NCBI RefSeq assembly: GCF_048593235.1
Contig: NC_133621.1
Coordinates: 35,765,148-35,829,147 of the forward strand
From: Sminthopsis crassicaudata
Lineage: Eukaryota
Direction of reading: 5' to 3'
Length of the DNA: 64,000 nt
Made by a program: the position numbers and the translations under genes. The notes below the pieces were generated by a model. It was not told where the DNA came from, did no database searches, and saw only the letters and a list, made by a program, of their open reading frames with translations. This document shows, piece after piece, positions 1 to 12,199 of the stretch (positions are counted from its first letter, which is position 1; each line of letters opens with the position of its first letter).

Positions 1-844
1 TTGACTTCTGTGATACCTAGCTCGGTGCTCGGGACAAGGCTGGGCATCCACAAACACTGGATTGGCTTTGGCCTTTATTAAGTTGAGTGAAAAAATCGAA
101 AGCATTTTAATAAGAAAACATTAACAGGCCAGGCTGGGGTCCAATGCTCTAAAGGACGGATTGAGAGTCGTAATGGCTTTGCAGTGACTGGAATGACATT
201 AAAAGGCAGTGTGGTATAATGGATAGAATGCTGGCCTGGATTTCATTTCCCCCTTTCTCACTTTTTGGGCACACCCCAAAGTCTAGGGACTGTCCTTTTG
301 CTTCTGGGCATACAGTAGGCACTTAATATATGGTGATTGAATGATCTCTGCAGACTACTAGTTCAAATCCTACCTGAATAGGTATCTACATATCTCCCAA
401 ATCTTCACCTGACCTGTTTGAAAATGAGTAAGGATGCACCACTTAATGGCAGTCCACTACTTTGGGAGAAGGGAAATTCTAATTGTTGAGATGTTTTTCC
501 TTACATTCAGCCCAAATCCATTTCTATTTCTCTTGGTGCTACCCTCCTAAGCTCCTTTTCCCCTGGGACAGTCTGTCACACACTTCTAAGACAGTCGCTG
601 TGCTTCTCCTCTGCCTTCGGAAGAAGGATGGAAATCCTCCTTCCTCACCATTGAAGAAGCCAATCAGGTCCCATCTTTTGCAAAAAATTCTTCCATTCCC
701 TCAACATTTGTGTCCTCCTCCCAAGCCACCTTGTATGTATATTTGCATTTATGCTGTTTTTATTTTTTTATATATATTTGTTATCCTCCCCATTAGATAG
801 TGAGCTCGTTGTCAGTCCGGTGGATTCATTTTATTTATTATTTG

Positions 845-1060
845 AGGCAGCTGGCATGTTAGACCAGGAATCAGGAAGACCTGAGTTCAAATGTAGCCTC
901 AGATATTTATTACCTATGTGACTCTGGGCATGTCACTTAACCCTATCTGCCTCAATTTCCTGTCAAATGGAAGTAATAATAGCCCCCTTTTCCAGGGTTG
1001 CTGTGGATATCAAATGAGATGATATTTTAAGACACTTTGCAAATCTCAAAACAATATAAA
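845..1060 (+). mobile_element. MIR (representative of dozens in the window)
   Basis: tRNA-like head gaagacctgagttcaaat, CORE and gttgctgtggatatcaaatgagat tail. Confidence 0.8.
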
Positions 1061-3724
1061 ACAACTAACTATTGCTTTTCATTGTATCCATATTCCTAGC
1101 AAATAGCACAGTGCCTGGAACATAGTAGAAATTTGATTGATTAACTGATTGATTGACTAAACTGGTGGAAAGAATTCTGGTTATAAAGTGTAAAAGAATC
1201 CAGTTTCAAATTCTGTCTCTTCATGTTTACTCCCTATGTAATCTCAGGCAAATCACTTATCCTTATGAGCTTCAGTTTACTCATCTGTAAAATTAGAGGG
1301 TTGGATTAGAAGGATTTTTCTAAGTCTGTAATCTATGGTTTACAACCTCTCTAGTTCTTTTAATCTTTTCTGATGTGGAGCGTAAGTTCTGTTCAGTTTT
1401 TGGTCATCAAAGGGTAATATGGCTGCTTCTAAAAACTTTGTTTTGAACTTCAAAATTCAAACCCATTCCATCAAACCTCAGGGAGCTAGCATTGTCCGGG
1501 CCACTGAAGGAGAGGGACCTTGAAACTGATAAAAAGCCATGAGCATCAGATAAAGACATAACAGTCTCATCCTGCCAGAAATCACCGTGTCCTTCCTGCC
1601 AGATTGCATCCTTCATTTTAAAAGGCCATTGGGTGTTCTAGAAGTACTAAGTATGACTTGTGACTTCAGAGAGGGAGTGGACAAGGAACAGATACATACC
1701 TTATTTCTGGGCTAGTATCCTCAGGACAGAAACAAACAGAAATGAAGTTACAAAAATAAACAGGATATCAGTAGGTGCCGGAAATGCTGTATCCAAATAT
1801 CATTTTCAGGATTTTCCACAGGGCCTCAGTTATTTATCAATCTGCTGCCTCCTGGGCACCAGTGTGACTGGGCCCACATCCAGGGGCAAAGCTTATTTGT
1901 TATTTAAAAGCAAGCCTACCGCTCTGTAAATAAAATCCTGGGCAGGAGGTCCCCTGGCTTTGCTGCAGTGGGTTCAGGAGTGGATCGTCATAAAACGGGT
2001 TGTATTTTCTAGTAGCAACTATGCCATGTTTAGGATTGTGCCCGTGACTGAGGATTTAGTATCGGAGGTATCACAGATATGGGCAGCTGACCTTCACTGA
2101 AGTCCTCCTCCTCCATTGTCTCCTATAAAGAGGTAGTTCTCTGATATTTCTGGAAATTGTGCCCCTGATCCCTGGGGAATGAATTAGCTCAGCCCTGGGA
2201 CTCCAGCTCCAGGCTGTGCTTCTGGCTCTGGAGCTGCGGTTGGTAACTGTGAGCCCCAGACTGTACTACACCTGCCATCATGTGGCCCCTACACAGTATC
2301 CTGCCTCAGTTTTCTACCTCTTATTTTGGGCACACTCATCAAATCAATACTGCCATTTCTGAGCCTTCTGGTCCTAGTGATCTATCATGCATGGAATTCA
2401 TTCTCTTTTCCTTATGTCATAAAGTCCTTCTCTTGGAAGAGGCTGTTTAGGTGCCATCATTCACATAAAGCCTTTCTTCATCTTCTCAGCCACTAGTGGT
2501 CTCCATCCCAGGCTGGGTCAGGCCCTTTGTGACCCTTTTTGGGTTTTTTTTTGGCAAAGATACTAGAGTGGTTTTGCCATTTCCTTTTCTAGTTCATTTT
2601 ACATATATATGTAAATATACAACGTATATTTAAATTAGCTTTTCTACACATATATATATTTGTGAATTTTATAATTATGTTACATATATTTTAATGTCTT
2701 TTTTGTGTCTTCCATTATAATATAAGTTCATGGTGAATACTGATTATTTCATTCTTTGTATTTAAGTCCTTAGAGTGGAGCAAAGAGTTTGCACATAGTA
2801 GGCTTAAAGAAACGCTGGTTGATTGACTAATTGCTTCTGGAAAGGTCAGATCAATGGACTGGTCTATGGGTCAACTTGAGACAACTGGGTGGTATAATGG
2901 ATAGAGTGCCTGATCTGGAGTCAGGAAGACCAGAATTCAAATCTAGTTTCAGATATTTCTTAGCTGTGTGAATGATAATAATAGAAATGGGTTAATTCCC
3001 CATTCCTTCAAATTCCCAGGCCAAGAGACTCTTCTTTAGTTACTACTGTTCCATATGGATTATCTCTTACAATTAGAATGTAAGCTTCTTGAGGGCAGCT
3101 CCCGACTTGCTTTTGCAACTCTGTCCCCAGCACTTATCACAGTGCCAGTTTTTTTTCATTCCAAATGCTTTTTTCATTCATTTCTCATAATTTCTCAAAG
3201 GCTTTGCCAGGGGGAATGTGAGCCCTGGCAGGTTCTGCCAAGCTTGCCCGCCTTCAGGCACAGGCTCAATTCTTCCCGAGGACCAGTCCAGCTAAGTTTG
3301 TAGCAGTTCCTCACTGGGTTGGCCAGAAGATAGTTTTGTTTTTTTTTTTTCCCCAAGATGCTGCTATCCTCAAAGATAATATATTAAGGCAAGGGAAGCT
3401 ACATTAATGGAGTATGTGTCCACACTCATACAATAGACATATAGCGAAGCTGAAACAATTGTCAGTCTTTAGAATGATTTAAAGTAGAATTATGTTACCT
3501 GTCCCATTAAGCAACAGTGCTGGACTTCTCTCCCTTCGTATAGATATACCTGAGAGACAGGACCTGACTCCAAGGCCTCTATCTATGGTGTAGAGGCCGT
3601 TCATCTTATCTACAAATGAGGAAATAGAATCTCAGAGAAACGGAACTTTCTCACTTTCAGCCAGCAAATGAGAGAGGCAACATTCAAATCTCCTAAGTCC
3701 AGGGCCCTTTCCACCGTGTCACTC

Positions 3725-3935
3725 TTGGTTGTTATTGTTCAGCTGGGTCAGGCTCTTTGTGACCCTTTTTGGGTTTTTTTTGGGCAAAGATACTAAAGTG
3801 GTTTTGCCATTTCCTTTTCCAGTTCATTTTACAGATGGGGAAACTAAGGCAAACAAGGTGAAATGACTTGTCCAGGGTTACATAGCTATAGCTAGGAAGT
3901 ATCTGAGGTCCAATTTGAATGCAGGTCCTTCCAAC
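3725..3935 (-). mobile_element. MAR1-type CORE-SINE with RTE-like tail
   Basis: ttgttattgttcag...tttgtgaccc...ggcaaagatact...ccatttcctt...ttttacagatggggaaactaaggc (CORE antisense). Confidence 0.85.
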
Positions 3936-4384
3936 TCCAACCCCAGAACCCTTTCCACTCTCATGGATCAGGGTATATCCTTGATTAGGCAGGAATAAAA
4001 AGAGGAAACTGAAAATTGGGGACTGGTTGTTCATGAAAATGCTAATATTAAAAACACCCACATGCATAAGGGGGTAATTATTTGCTCCAAGAAAGATTCA
4101 CCGTAGGAGTGAATTATAAGCTCTTGGAGAACATTTAAAATAGGATTTAATTTGTACCTAGATTTTCAGGAACATCTCTCTGGAGTACAATGAGGTACAT
4201 GCAGAATAACTTCTAAGGCACAGGTCAGGCTCTTCTAAGAGCTGACCTCAAAATCAATGTGCCCAGGAGGGCAGCCAAGCCATTGGGAGTACCTCCCTAA
4301 CCCAAATCCAAAGCCCTGAGCCCAGAATCACCCACCGTCCTCCTCTGCTTTGCGTTAACTCTCTTGAATTTTTGTGATGATGCT

Positions 4385-4815
4385 AGATAGACAATTAGGT
4401 AGAAAGACAGACAGGTATAGAGAAGTAGGTAAAGATAGACAAGCAGACAGATAAGTGGGTAGATAGANNNNNNNNNNNNNNNNNNNNNNNNNNNNNNNNN
4501 NNNNNNNNNNNNNNNNNNNNNNNNNNNNNNNNNNNNNNNNNNNNNNNNNNNNNNNNNNNNNNNNNNNNNNNNNNNNNNNNNNNNNNNNNNNNNNNNNNNN
4601 NNNNNNNNNNNNNNNNNNNNNNNNNNNNNNNNNNNNNNNNNNNNNNNNNNNNNNNNNNNNNNNNNNNNNNNNNNNNNNNNNNNNNNNNNNNNNNNNNNNT
4701 ACAGATAGGTAGACTGACAGATAAATGGGTAAATAGGAATAGACAGACAGATATAGACAGACAGCTAATTAGGCAGGACAGACAGAGATAGATATAGGTA
4801 GATAGACAGACAAAT
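4385..4815. repeat. Degenerate (GATA/GACA)n microsatellite spanning an assembly gap (N 4468-4699)
   Basis: agat/agac/aggt tetramers on both sides of the gap. Confidence 0.9.
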
Positions 4816-4844
4816 ACCAATATGAACAGATCGTCCTAAGAGGT

Positions 4845-5060
4845 GGCAGAGTCGAGTTTGGGAACTGAAATTAGGAAGACCAGAGTGAGGAGCTTGCTAG
4901 CTATGTGACTCTGGGCAGGTAGACTAATCTCATTCAGCCTCAGTTTCCTCATCTGTAAAAAGGCATTAGTAATAGCATCTACCTCCCAAAGTTGTTGTGA
5001 AGGTCAGATGGAATCCCAGAAAGGGCTTTGCACACTTCACTTAAAGTATTACATCAACCT
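4845..5060 (+). mobile_element. MIR
   Basis: CORE cagcctcagtttcctcatctgtaaaa and MIR tail gttgttgtgaaggtcagatg. Confidence 0.8.
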
Positions 5061-6151
5061 CACAATGACTTTTGCTAGAACAGTCATTCTGATGCTCAGG
5101 TAGGGATCTCTTCCTGAGAGTAAGACAGTATCCCCGGCTCCCTTGCCAGTGTTGGGTCCGGTTCTGAGGGCAACAATTTAGAACTTCAGGGTTTTTGAGC
5201 AGTCAGCGCTTCCTCTCTGTCTCTGCCGGAGAGGTTGGCTGCTTCTCCTGGCACATTTCCCCACCCAGACAACTTTGGATGATTCTTGGAAATAGGGATT
5301 GTTTCATGTTCTGCACTTGTATCTCCAACACAAAGTAGGCACTTTAACAAATTCTTGTGGATTGATAGCTTCCGATTTAATTAGCAGACTATTTCACAGA
5401 GTGAGATTTATAAAAGATGGAAAAAATCACTGTAGATTTCAAGATCTGCTTCCCTTTTTAAGGTAACTTAGGTCAGAGGTGTTGTTTCCCCCTTTCACTT
5501 CTTATTTCTGGGGAAATCCCAGACATTATATATAGCCAGCATGGTTCACCTAAAAGAGAAACAGATTTGGTTCTGGGGTTTAAGACCTCTGAGACCGTGC
5601 CCTTAGCCATGAAGAACAATCCTCTAAAGGGGAACATTTCACCCCATGGTATGCTGGAAGCAGCAGGCAAGAGCCAATTGTTGCATTTCCAGCATGAGCT
5701 TTTACAGTTTGGAAATCAACAAACTACAACTTAGGGCTTGATATTTTTGGGTTTGCTTTTTATCTAGATTTGAGAAAACAATGGTGTTGTGTCCTGCTTT
5801 CTAGAGCCCCCACATGGGGGTGATTAAAATATACCTTCCTAGTGGAGAAGCGATGAGGAGGGACTCCAGAGGATGGTGGGAAAATGGAGTCCGTTTATTT
5901 CAAGGGCTTTCCCTTTTTTATAATGTAACAAAAACAGCACCGAGCACGTGGGAGCACATAAACAACTTGCTATTTTATGTAGTTTGCCACCTGGTATCAC
6001 TCTGCCTCAATCTCAACATAGGTTGTCACCACCCCCTGAGAGCCCTTAGGGGAGATGGGGAGCCAAACCAGACACTGTCAGCAGGTTCCTTCCGGACTGA
6101 AGGGTTTCATATCTTACCCAGAGTTTCCTCCCTGACTGTGACCCTCTACAC

Positions 6152-6330
6152 CAGGGGTTCACAAACTATGGCCCGAAGGCCAGACACGGCTGCTGAGGAC
6201 TGCCAGGTTATGGCAAATGGGCTGAGGGGCGGAGACAGAGTGTGAGCTTTTGTTTTTACTCTAGTCCAGCCCTCCAACACTCTGAGAGACAATGAACTGG
6301 CCCCCTATTTAAAAAGTTTGAGGACCACTG
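6152..6330. mobile_element. Non-autonomous hAT MITE (OC1/OposCharlie1-like), copy 1
   Basis: Imperfect 16-bp TIRs CAGGGGTTCACAAACT / AGTTTGAGGACCACTG. Aligns end to end with the reverse complement of 43983-44172. The 8-bp flanks match only 4/8. Confidence 0.85.
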
Positions 6331-6783
6331 CAACACAATGGGGAAAATATTAATGTGCAGATTAAATGATGCAGTATGTCCTGCTAGATTTCCTCTCCTA
6401 TTGGACAGCTGGTTGTTACACATTTACTAGCAGATCCTTGCTTTCCCCTCTGCCTCAGGAAGCTGCTCTGGGCATCCTGAGATATCCCCAAGCAGTCTGA
6501 CTGAAGGAACTGATTGGAGAACACAAATGAAGGAGAGCAGAGATGTATAGATGTATACCAAGGGCCCTTCATCCCAGGCTCAAAGACTAGAGTGGAAAGG
6601 AACCTTTCAGACCTTTTAGTCCAAACCACTCTGGAGGTTATGTGAGGATCAAGGTTAGAGAAACTTGATTGGGCCGAGTCACAAGTTTTTCAACCTTAAA
6701 TATGAATCCAGTGCAGAAAAGGGAGATGCTTGAGGGTAGGGAGTGTGGTCTTGGGAGTTATATGGAAAGAAGACTAGCTATTA

Positions 6784-6925
6784 GGGGGCAGCTAGGTGAC
6801 GCCGTGGATAGAGCACCAGCCCTGAATTCAGAGGACCTCAGTTCAAATCTGGTCTCAGACACTTAACACTTCCTAGCTGTGTGACCCTGGACAAGTCACT
6901 TAACCCCAGCCTCAGAGGAAATAAA
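6784..6925 (+). mobile_element. WSINE1-type tRNA-derived SINE, full length
   Basis: Head ggggcagctaggtgacgccgtggatagagcacc with GTTCAAAT B box; A-rich tail; perfect 14-bp TSD AAGACTAGCTATTA at 6770-6783 and 6926-6939. Confidence 0.9.
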
Positions 6926-7189
6926 AAGACTAGCTATTAAGTCCCAGGTTCTTCCTAGGCCTCCTGCCTGCTTAATCCTCCAGTGAGTGGCTTTGAGCAA
7001 AGGCTCCCTCCCCTTCTAGATCTTAGGAGCCTCCAGTAACAAGAGGAGGATTAGAATCCAGATCTTGGGACTCCTATCTCAGAAACTTTTTGGTACATCC
7101 CAGCTGCTTCACTAACCCCTGTTAAGTATGAGACAATCAGATTCTCCCCTCCCTAAAAATGCATTTTAAAAGATATTTGGGTTTAGAAA

Positions 7190-7330
7190 AGTTCCAGATT
7201 CTCTCCCTTAGCTTCCACCCTCCCCCCTATTAAGAAAGCACTTATGCAAAACGTTTCTATAAAAGTCATGTTGGGAAAGAAAACGTAGATCCCCCTAAAC
7301 ACTCAAGAAAAATAAAATAAAAAAAGATAT
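7190..7330 (-). mobile_element. Short L1 3'UTR fragment
   Basis: ttccagattctctccc...aagaaagc...tgcaaaacgtttcta...catgttgggaaagaaaac resembles L1 3'UTR antisense. Confidence 0.6.
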
Positions 7331-7589
7331 TTAAATTTGCACGTGTACATAGTCAAATGACATAATTTAACATAGCATACAACTATAACTATATTTACAG
7401 GATCTATTTATAACTATGTACCTAGTTATGGTCATATATAGTATATAACTATAGCTGTTTTGATACAGAATGTAGTCACATAGTTGTTTCTCAGGATATT
7501 GTTAGAGACTATAACATTTATAAGGGTATCGTTATTTATATCGTGGATGTAATTATATAGTTATATAGTAACCCTCTCGTTACCTAGAG

Positions 7590-9060
7590 AAGAACCCCGA
7601 GAACGCGGCCTCTGCCCGATCCGAGGCTTTGCTCTTGGGCGGGGACCGCCAGAGGAGCTGTCAATACAGAATTAACAATTAGAGCTCAATCACTGCCCCG
7701 CTCCCTCGATAGCCCCGGGAGCCTGGCGCGGAGGGCCAGCGTTCCGCGGGCGGGCGGGGGCCGGGGGTTTGGGGCCGGGCAGTGGGAGGAGGGAGCCGCG
7801 AGGGAGGAGGCAGCGATGCTGCGCTGACAGCATCAGCAGAAGGGGCGGGCGCCCGCGTTCCTCCTCCCCCTTCCAGCGGCAGGGGCAGCGGCCCGGCGGG
7901 AGGCGAAGACAAGTCCGCCCGGGGCAGGCTGGACACCCCGCCGCCGGACAGCCCGCCGCCCGCCTTCCTCTCCGCCGCCGGGGGGCTCGGGTCTGCGCAC
8001 GGGTCCGGGGCGCGGGGGGCGCGGCCAGACGGGCAGGGTTCGCCCCGCAGCCGCTCCGGAGGCGCCCACAGCTCCCCGAGGCTCCGGGGCCGCGCTGCAC
8101 CCTAAACTGCCCGCATGGACCCGGCACTGAAGCGGGGCCGGCCGGAGGAGCGGCTGGGCGACGTCCCCCAGTCGCCGCCGCCGCCACCCACGGAAAACGA
8201 GGACGAGGAAGAGATGGAGCCCGAGATGATGGAACAGGAGGAAGAGGAGGAGGAGGAGGAAGAGGAGGTGGACCCCCGTATCCAGGTAGGAGATTGGGGG
8301 GAGGGGGCGCAGAGCCTTGTCGGCAGTGTTTCTGCGGGCTGCGGGGCTGGACTGCGGCGCCCCACCCCCATTCCAAGCTGTCCGGGTTAGTCCATTCCCC
8401 CTTCAGACCGAACTGAAACCCCCACCCCGAACCACTCCCTCCCTCGAGTGGGTGCGGTACGCCCCAGTAGACTGCAGGCTGGAGAGGGGGCTGCTTCATT
8501 TGGGGGCGGGGCTGGTGTTTGGGAAGAGCAGGCTGGTGGAGGGGAGATGGGAGGGGTCCGGACACCCCTTCCTCAGTGCGCCCCCAGCCCCCCACTTCGC
8601 CTGCCGCACCCACGCGCGCCGCTCGTGGGCTCCGGCTGCATTTGGGGGTGGGAATGACAAGCGGTTCGGAGGGAGACGGACAACAAAGGACAAAAGCGGG
8701 GGGGGGGGGAGTGGGAGGCTCCCGGAGCTTGAATTGCTCCCTCTGTATGTACCTCTTGGGTCAGTCACTAGTAGCGCTTGGTCTCTGGGTCTGGCTTCGA
8801 AATTGCAAAACCTCCGAACTGCTGCCTTCCTCGTGCACGGAGACGGGACCTGTCCCGTGATTGGGGTACACCCCGCTCTGGTGGGCGGCAGAGCTCCCCC
8901 GGAGACGCGGCGCGCCCAGGACCTCCGCTCTCCGCAGCTGAGTCTGCAGGTGCCCGGCCCCAGGTGGCGGGAGTCCCCCAGCATCCCCAGAGAAAGCGCT
9001 TCCCTTTCCTCTGATTCATTGTCAGCCTGCGTGCTTCATTGTCACTTTGGTGGGGCTCCC
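7590..9060 (+). promoter_or_regulatory. SH3BP5: CpG island / TATA-less promoter spanning SH3BP5 exon 1
   Basis: Abrupt switch to very GC- and CpG-rich sequence with several GGGCGG boxes (e.g. near 7617, 7749, 7843), enclosing the start codon at 8115. The TSS cannot be placed from sequence alone. Confidence 0.9.
8115..8285 (+). CDS. SH3BP5: SH3BP5 (Sab) coding exon 1, 57 codons, acidic N-terminus
   Basis: ATG in cgcATGg context. Translates MDPALKRGRPEER...EEEEVDPRIQ, matching the recalled human start MDAALKRSRSEE...EEEEVDPRIQ. Donor CAG|gtagga at 8286, phase 0. Confidence 0.96.
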
Positions 9061-10048
9061 CTGCAGGCCGGCCCCTTGGCCCCTTGAAGCAAAGCCTGGT
9101 TTTTCCTTAACGTCACCGAGGCAGTGGTCAGCGAAGGGGGTAGCAGGAACGAGGAAGATTTAAGCTGGAATATTGGAGGGAAAGGGGCTGCCTGACTCTG
9201 AAAAACAAGTTTAAAAACCCTGTCAGGTCAGAATTCGGGCAAGACGGAGGTTTGGGAACTCCCCTTCTTCCCTCTCCCTGGTCGCTCCCAGCACAGACAC
9301 ACCACCCAATAAATGATTTTTTTTCCCCAGGATCTTGCTTCTCCTTCCACCCCAGGGTCATTTTTCTATTGCTTAAAAGCTCTTATGCAATTGTTCTGAA
9401 CCCTAATTGGTTTTTCAGATCACAAATCAATTAAAAGAGCATTTAACTTTGTGGATGGGGTTTCAATGAATTGTTGGAACCGATTAGCCAGATAAGGTCA
9501 GGTGGGAAATCGAGAATGATGCTTCTGAATGAAAACATTCAATTTAGACGCCTGGACAACTAGGCTCTCCCCCACCCTCTTCGTAGAGGCTTTTCAGGGC
9601 AAGGTTCTTTGTTTCCAGAGTACAGATCATGCAACTTTAACTCTCTCAATTATCAGTGGAAGGGCAGGGTCATAATAAAAGTTGACCATTTTAAAAACAG
9701 CTAAGCAGTTCATTTAGATGACAGAATGATTATTATTATTTTTAAAATCTATTCATTAACAAAGAAGGGGGAAAAAGCCCTCAGCTCCTTCTGAGCTATT
9801 GTCAGAAGTCAGGCCTTTGCTTTAGAGGCTTAGGGTTTTATGAGCCGGTTGATGCTTAACCTTGATTACATTTTTGGACGTCTAGGCTTCCTTTTTTACA
9901 TTGTTAAAAAGACAGTCAACCTTTTCTTCTGGAGCCCTCACCAAAGCCAGGGTTTGGTGCCCTGAAGTCAGATTCCTGGAATAAATTTTTGCATTACAAG
10001 CAAAGTGAAATAACCCTCAGTGGGAGTATCAGAAAAAAAAAAACTTAG

Positions 10049-10427
10049 NNNNNNNNNNNNNNNNNNNNNNNNNNNNNNNNNNNNNNNNNNNNNNNNNNNN
10101 NNNNNNNNNNNNNNNNNNNNNNNNNNNNNNNNNNNNNNNNNNNNNNNNNNNNNNNNNNNNNNNNNNNNNNNNNNNNNNNNNNNNNNNNNNNNNNNNNNNN
10201 NNNNNNNNNNNNNNNNNNNNNNNNNNNNNNNNNNNNNNNNNNNNNNNNNNNNNNNNNNNNNNNNNNNNNNNNNNNNNNNNNNNNNNNNNNNNNNNNNNNN
10301 NNNNNNNNNNNNNNNNNNNNNNNNNNNNNNNNNNNNNNNNNNNNNNNNNNNNNNNNNNNNNNNNNNNNNNNNNNNNNNNNNNNNNNNNNNNNNNNNNNNN
10401 NNNNNNNNNNNNNNNNNNNNNNNNNNN
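10049..10427. other. Assembly gap in SH3BP5 intron 1
   Basis: Run of N. Confidence 0.99.
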
Positions 10428-10828
10428 CTCCCCTTAAGCAGGGACCCCCTTTTAAAATGGGAGAAAGTTCATCCATGTTTCTGTTTTGAGTTAACATTCC
10501 AGCCAGAGTCTGATCTGTTTTCTTTGGGATGGCTGTCAGGATTAATAATTCTCCCTTTTGCTTCTATTTTATTCTCTTTCTGTCTGCTTCCAGGTAACAT
10601 ATTATATTTACTTTGAAAAACAAACCAAAAACTCCTGTAAATGTTTAAATCAATTTTTGAGCCATGTTCCCTTTGGACAGACAAGTGACACCATGTTTTT
10701 AAATTATTGAAGGAAATGCTAACTTCCAGTTAGAGATGATAGAAATGTAATAGTTTCCCTCTACCCAGATTCACACCCCACTTTGATTAGGAAGCCCCAA
10801 CTTTAAATTGTTTTCTTTCTTTTCCCAG

Positions 10829-10891
10829 GGAGAACTGGAGAAGCTAAATCAGTCCACCGATGACATTAACAGACGGGAAACTGAACTTGAG
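10829..10891 (+). CDS. SH3BP5: SH3BP5 coding exon 2 (63 nt, GELEKLNQSTDDINRRETELE)
   Basis: Polypyrimidine tract ttttctttcttttcccag|GGA; donor GAG|gtaggg at 10892. Peptide identical to recalled human SH3BP5. Too short for the ORF track. Confidence 0.97.
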
Positions 10892-12199
10892 GTAGGGATT
10901 TTTGTGTTCTCCTTCCTCTGTGAAAATTTCCTCCAAGGTCGTCTCTTTTTTTGGAGGGGGGCTGTTGTTTGATTTTAACAGTTGCGAGATGATTGTTGGG
11001 ATTCCCTCCTTGGAAGCTTGCCAAATAGCTACCTGAAATAAACTGAGCCTGGTTCCTCATTCATACCCCAATTATCATTACTGGAGCTGACTTAGACCCC
11101 GTCTCAAAGGTCTGCATTGCATCATATAGACTAAGTGTACTTAGTAAGCTTGATGGATCTAGGTAGAATAATCCAGGAGCTCGTGGGGTCCAGGAAGTCC
11201 CCTCTCACCCAGATTAATTAACCTCCTTCATGAGAGACATAGGACTCTTTGAGAATAGAGATCATACCATTATTAGTCTTTCCAACAAGGATACACAGCA
11301 GGTCCTCAATAAATACTTATCCACTGACCTACCTCTGTATCCCTAGTCTCACCCACATGGGTGATTGATAAATTTGTCTTAAGTGATTACACTGAGAGTA
11401 ATGAGCTTTGAGGCACTCCCATATAGTTCAGGGTAGCCATTAAAATTTTTTTTGTGTGTACTTGGCACTATTTCATGTTTATTCAGTCTGGCTGTGGAAA
11501 AGAAAGGGCAGAATTAGCAAATTACAGCCTTTTCCTTTGCATGTGTGTGACATGTAGTCTTTTAAATGGTACAGAAAGCTGTTGAGCAAGGCAAGGTCTT
11601 TGGGCTGGGAAAAATTCTAAAGGGTAATTTTGATTTATATTTTGGCAAATCAAAAAGTGTTTATTAAATGCCTACTGTGTGCCAAATGCCAGGCTAAATT
11701 CCACAAGCATTTTAGAACTAAATAGTAAACAGGTTTATTTTCTCCATGGCTGCCAATTGGTCCCTAGTTCTTTTTAGATAATGGTTGGATTTTTTCATCT
11801 TTTGGAAAATTTAAGCAATCTTTTTTTTTTTTTTTTGGTTTGTGGCAGAATTCAAATGATGCTCTTGAGAGGAACAGTCTAAATCCTATAGAGTGATCCA
11901 GTGCCTTTCAGCAAGGCTTTAACAGAAAAAATAGTTAGACTGACTAGCTTTTGTGACTGGGAAAATGACGTCTCTATGGGTATCAGTTTTCTCATCTGTA
12001 AAATGGGGAGAGAAGAAGACAGTAGATGATTTCCAAGCCATTTCAAACTTTAAGTTCGATCTTGAAATCAAATGTTAATTAAGAGAATAAAATCTCTGGG
12101 TTCTCTCTTTGTCCCTGATTGGCACATTTGTAAATATGATTGAATGTTGACAGAATAATTTGGGGAAATACTCTGCCAGCTTCTGTTTCTGTGCTCCAG

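Noticed and set aside
1407-1616. 69-aa minus-strand ORF in unique sequence upstream of the gene
   Set aside because: No recognisable homology or convincing splice signals; I found no exon of a neighbouring gene in 1-7500.
6784-6860. tRNA-like A and B boxes here and in many other SINE heads
   Set aside because: SINE-derived; no cloverleaf or acceptor stem, so no tRNA gene is called.
7679-9087. Overlapping Pro/Gly/Arg-rich ORFs (307, 256 and 215 aa) in the promoter island
   Set aside because: Expected scarcity of stops in very GC-rich DNA; no recognisable domain. Only 8115-8285 is supported by homology and a splice donor.
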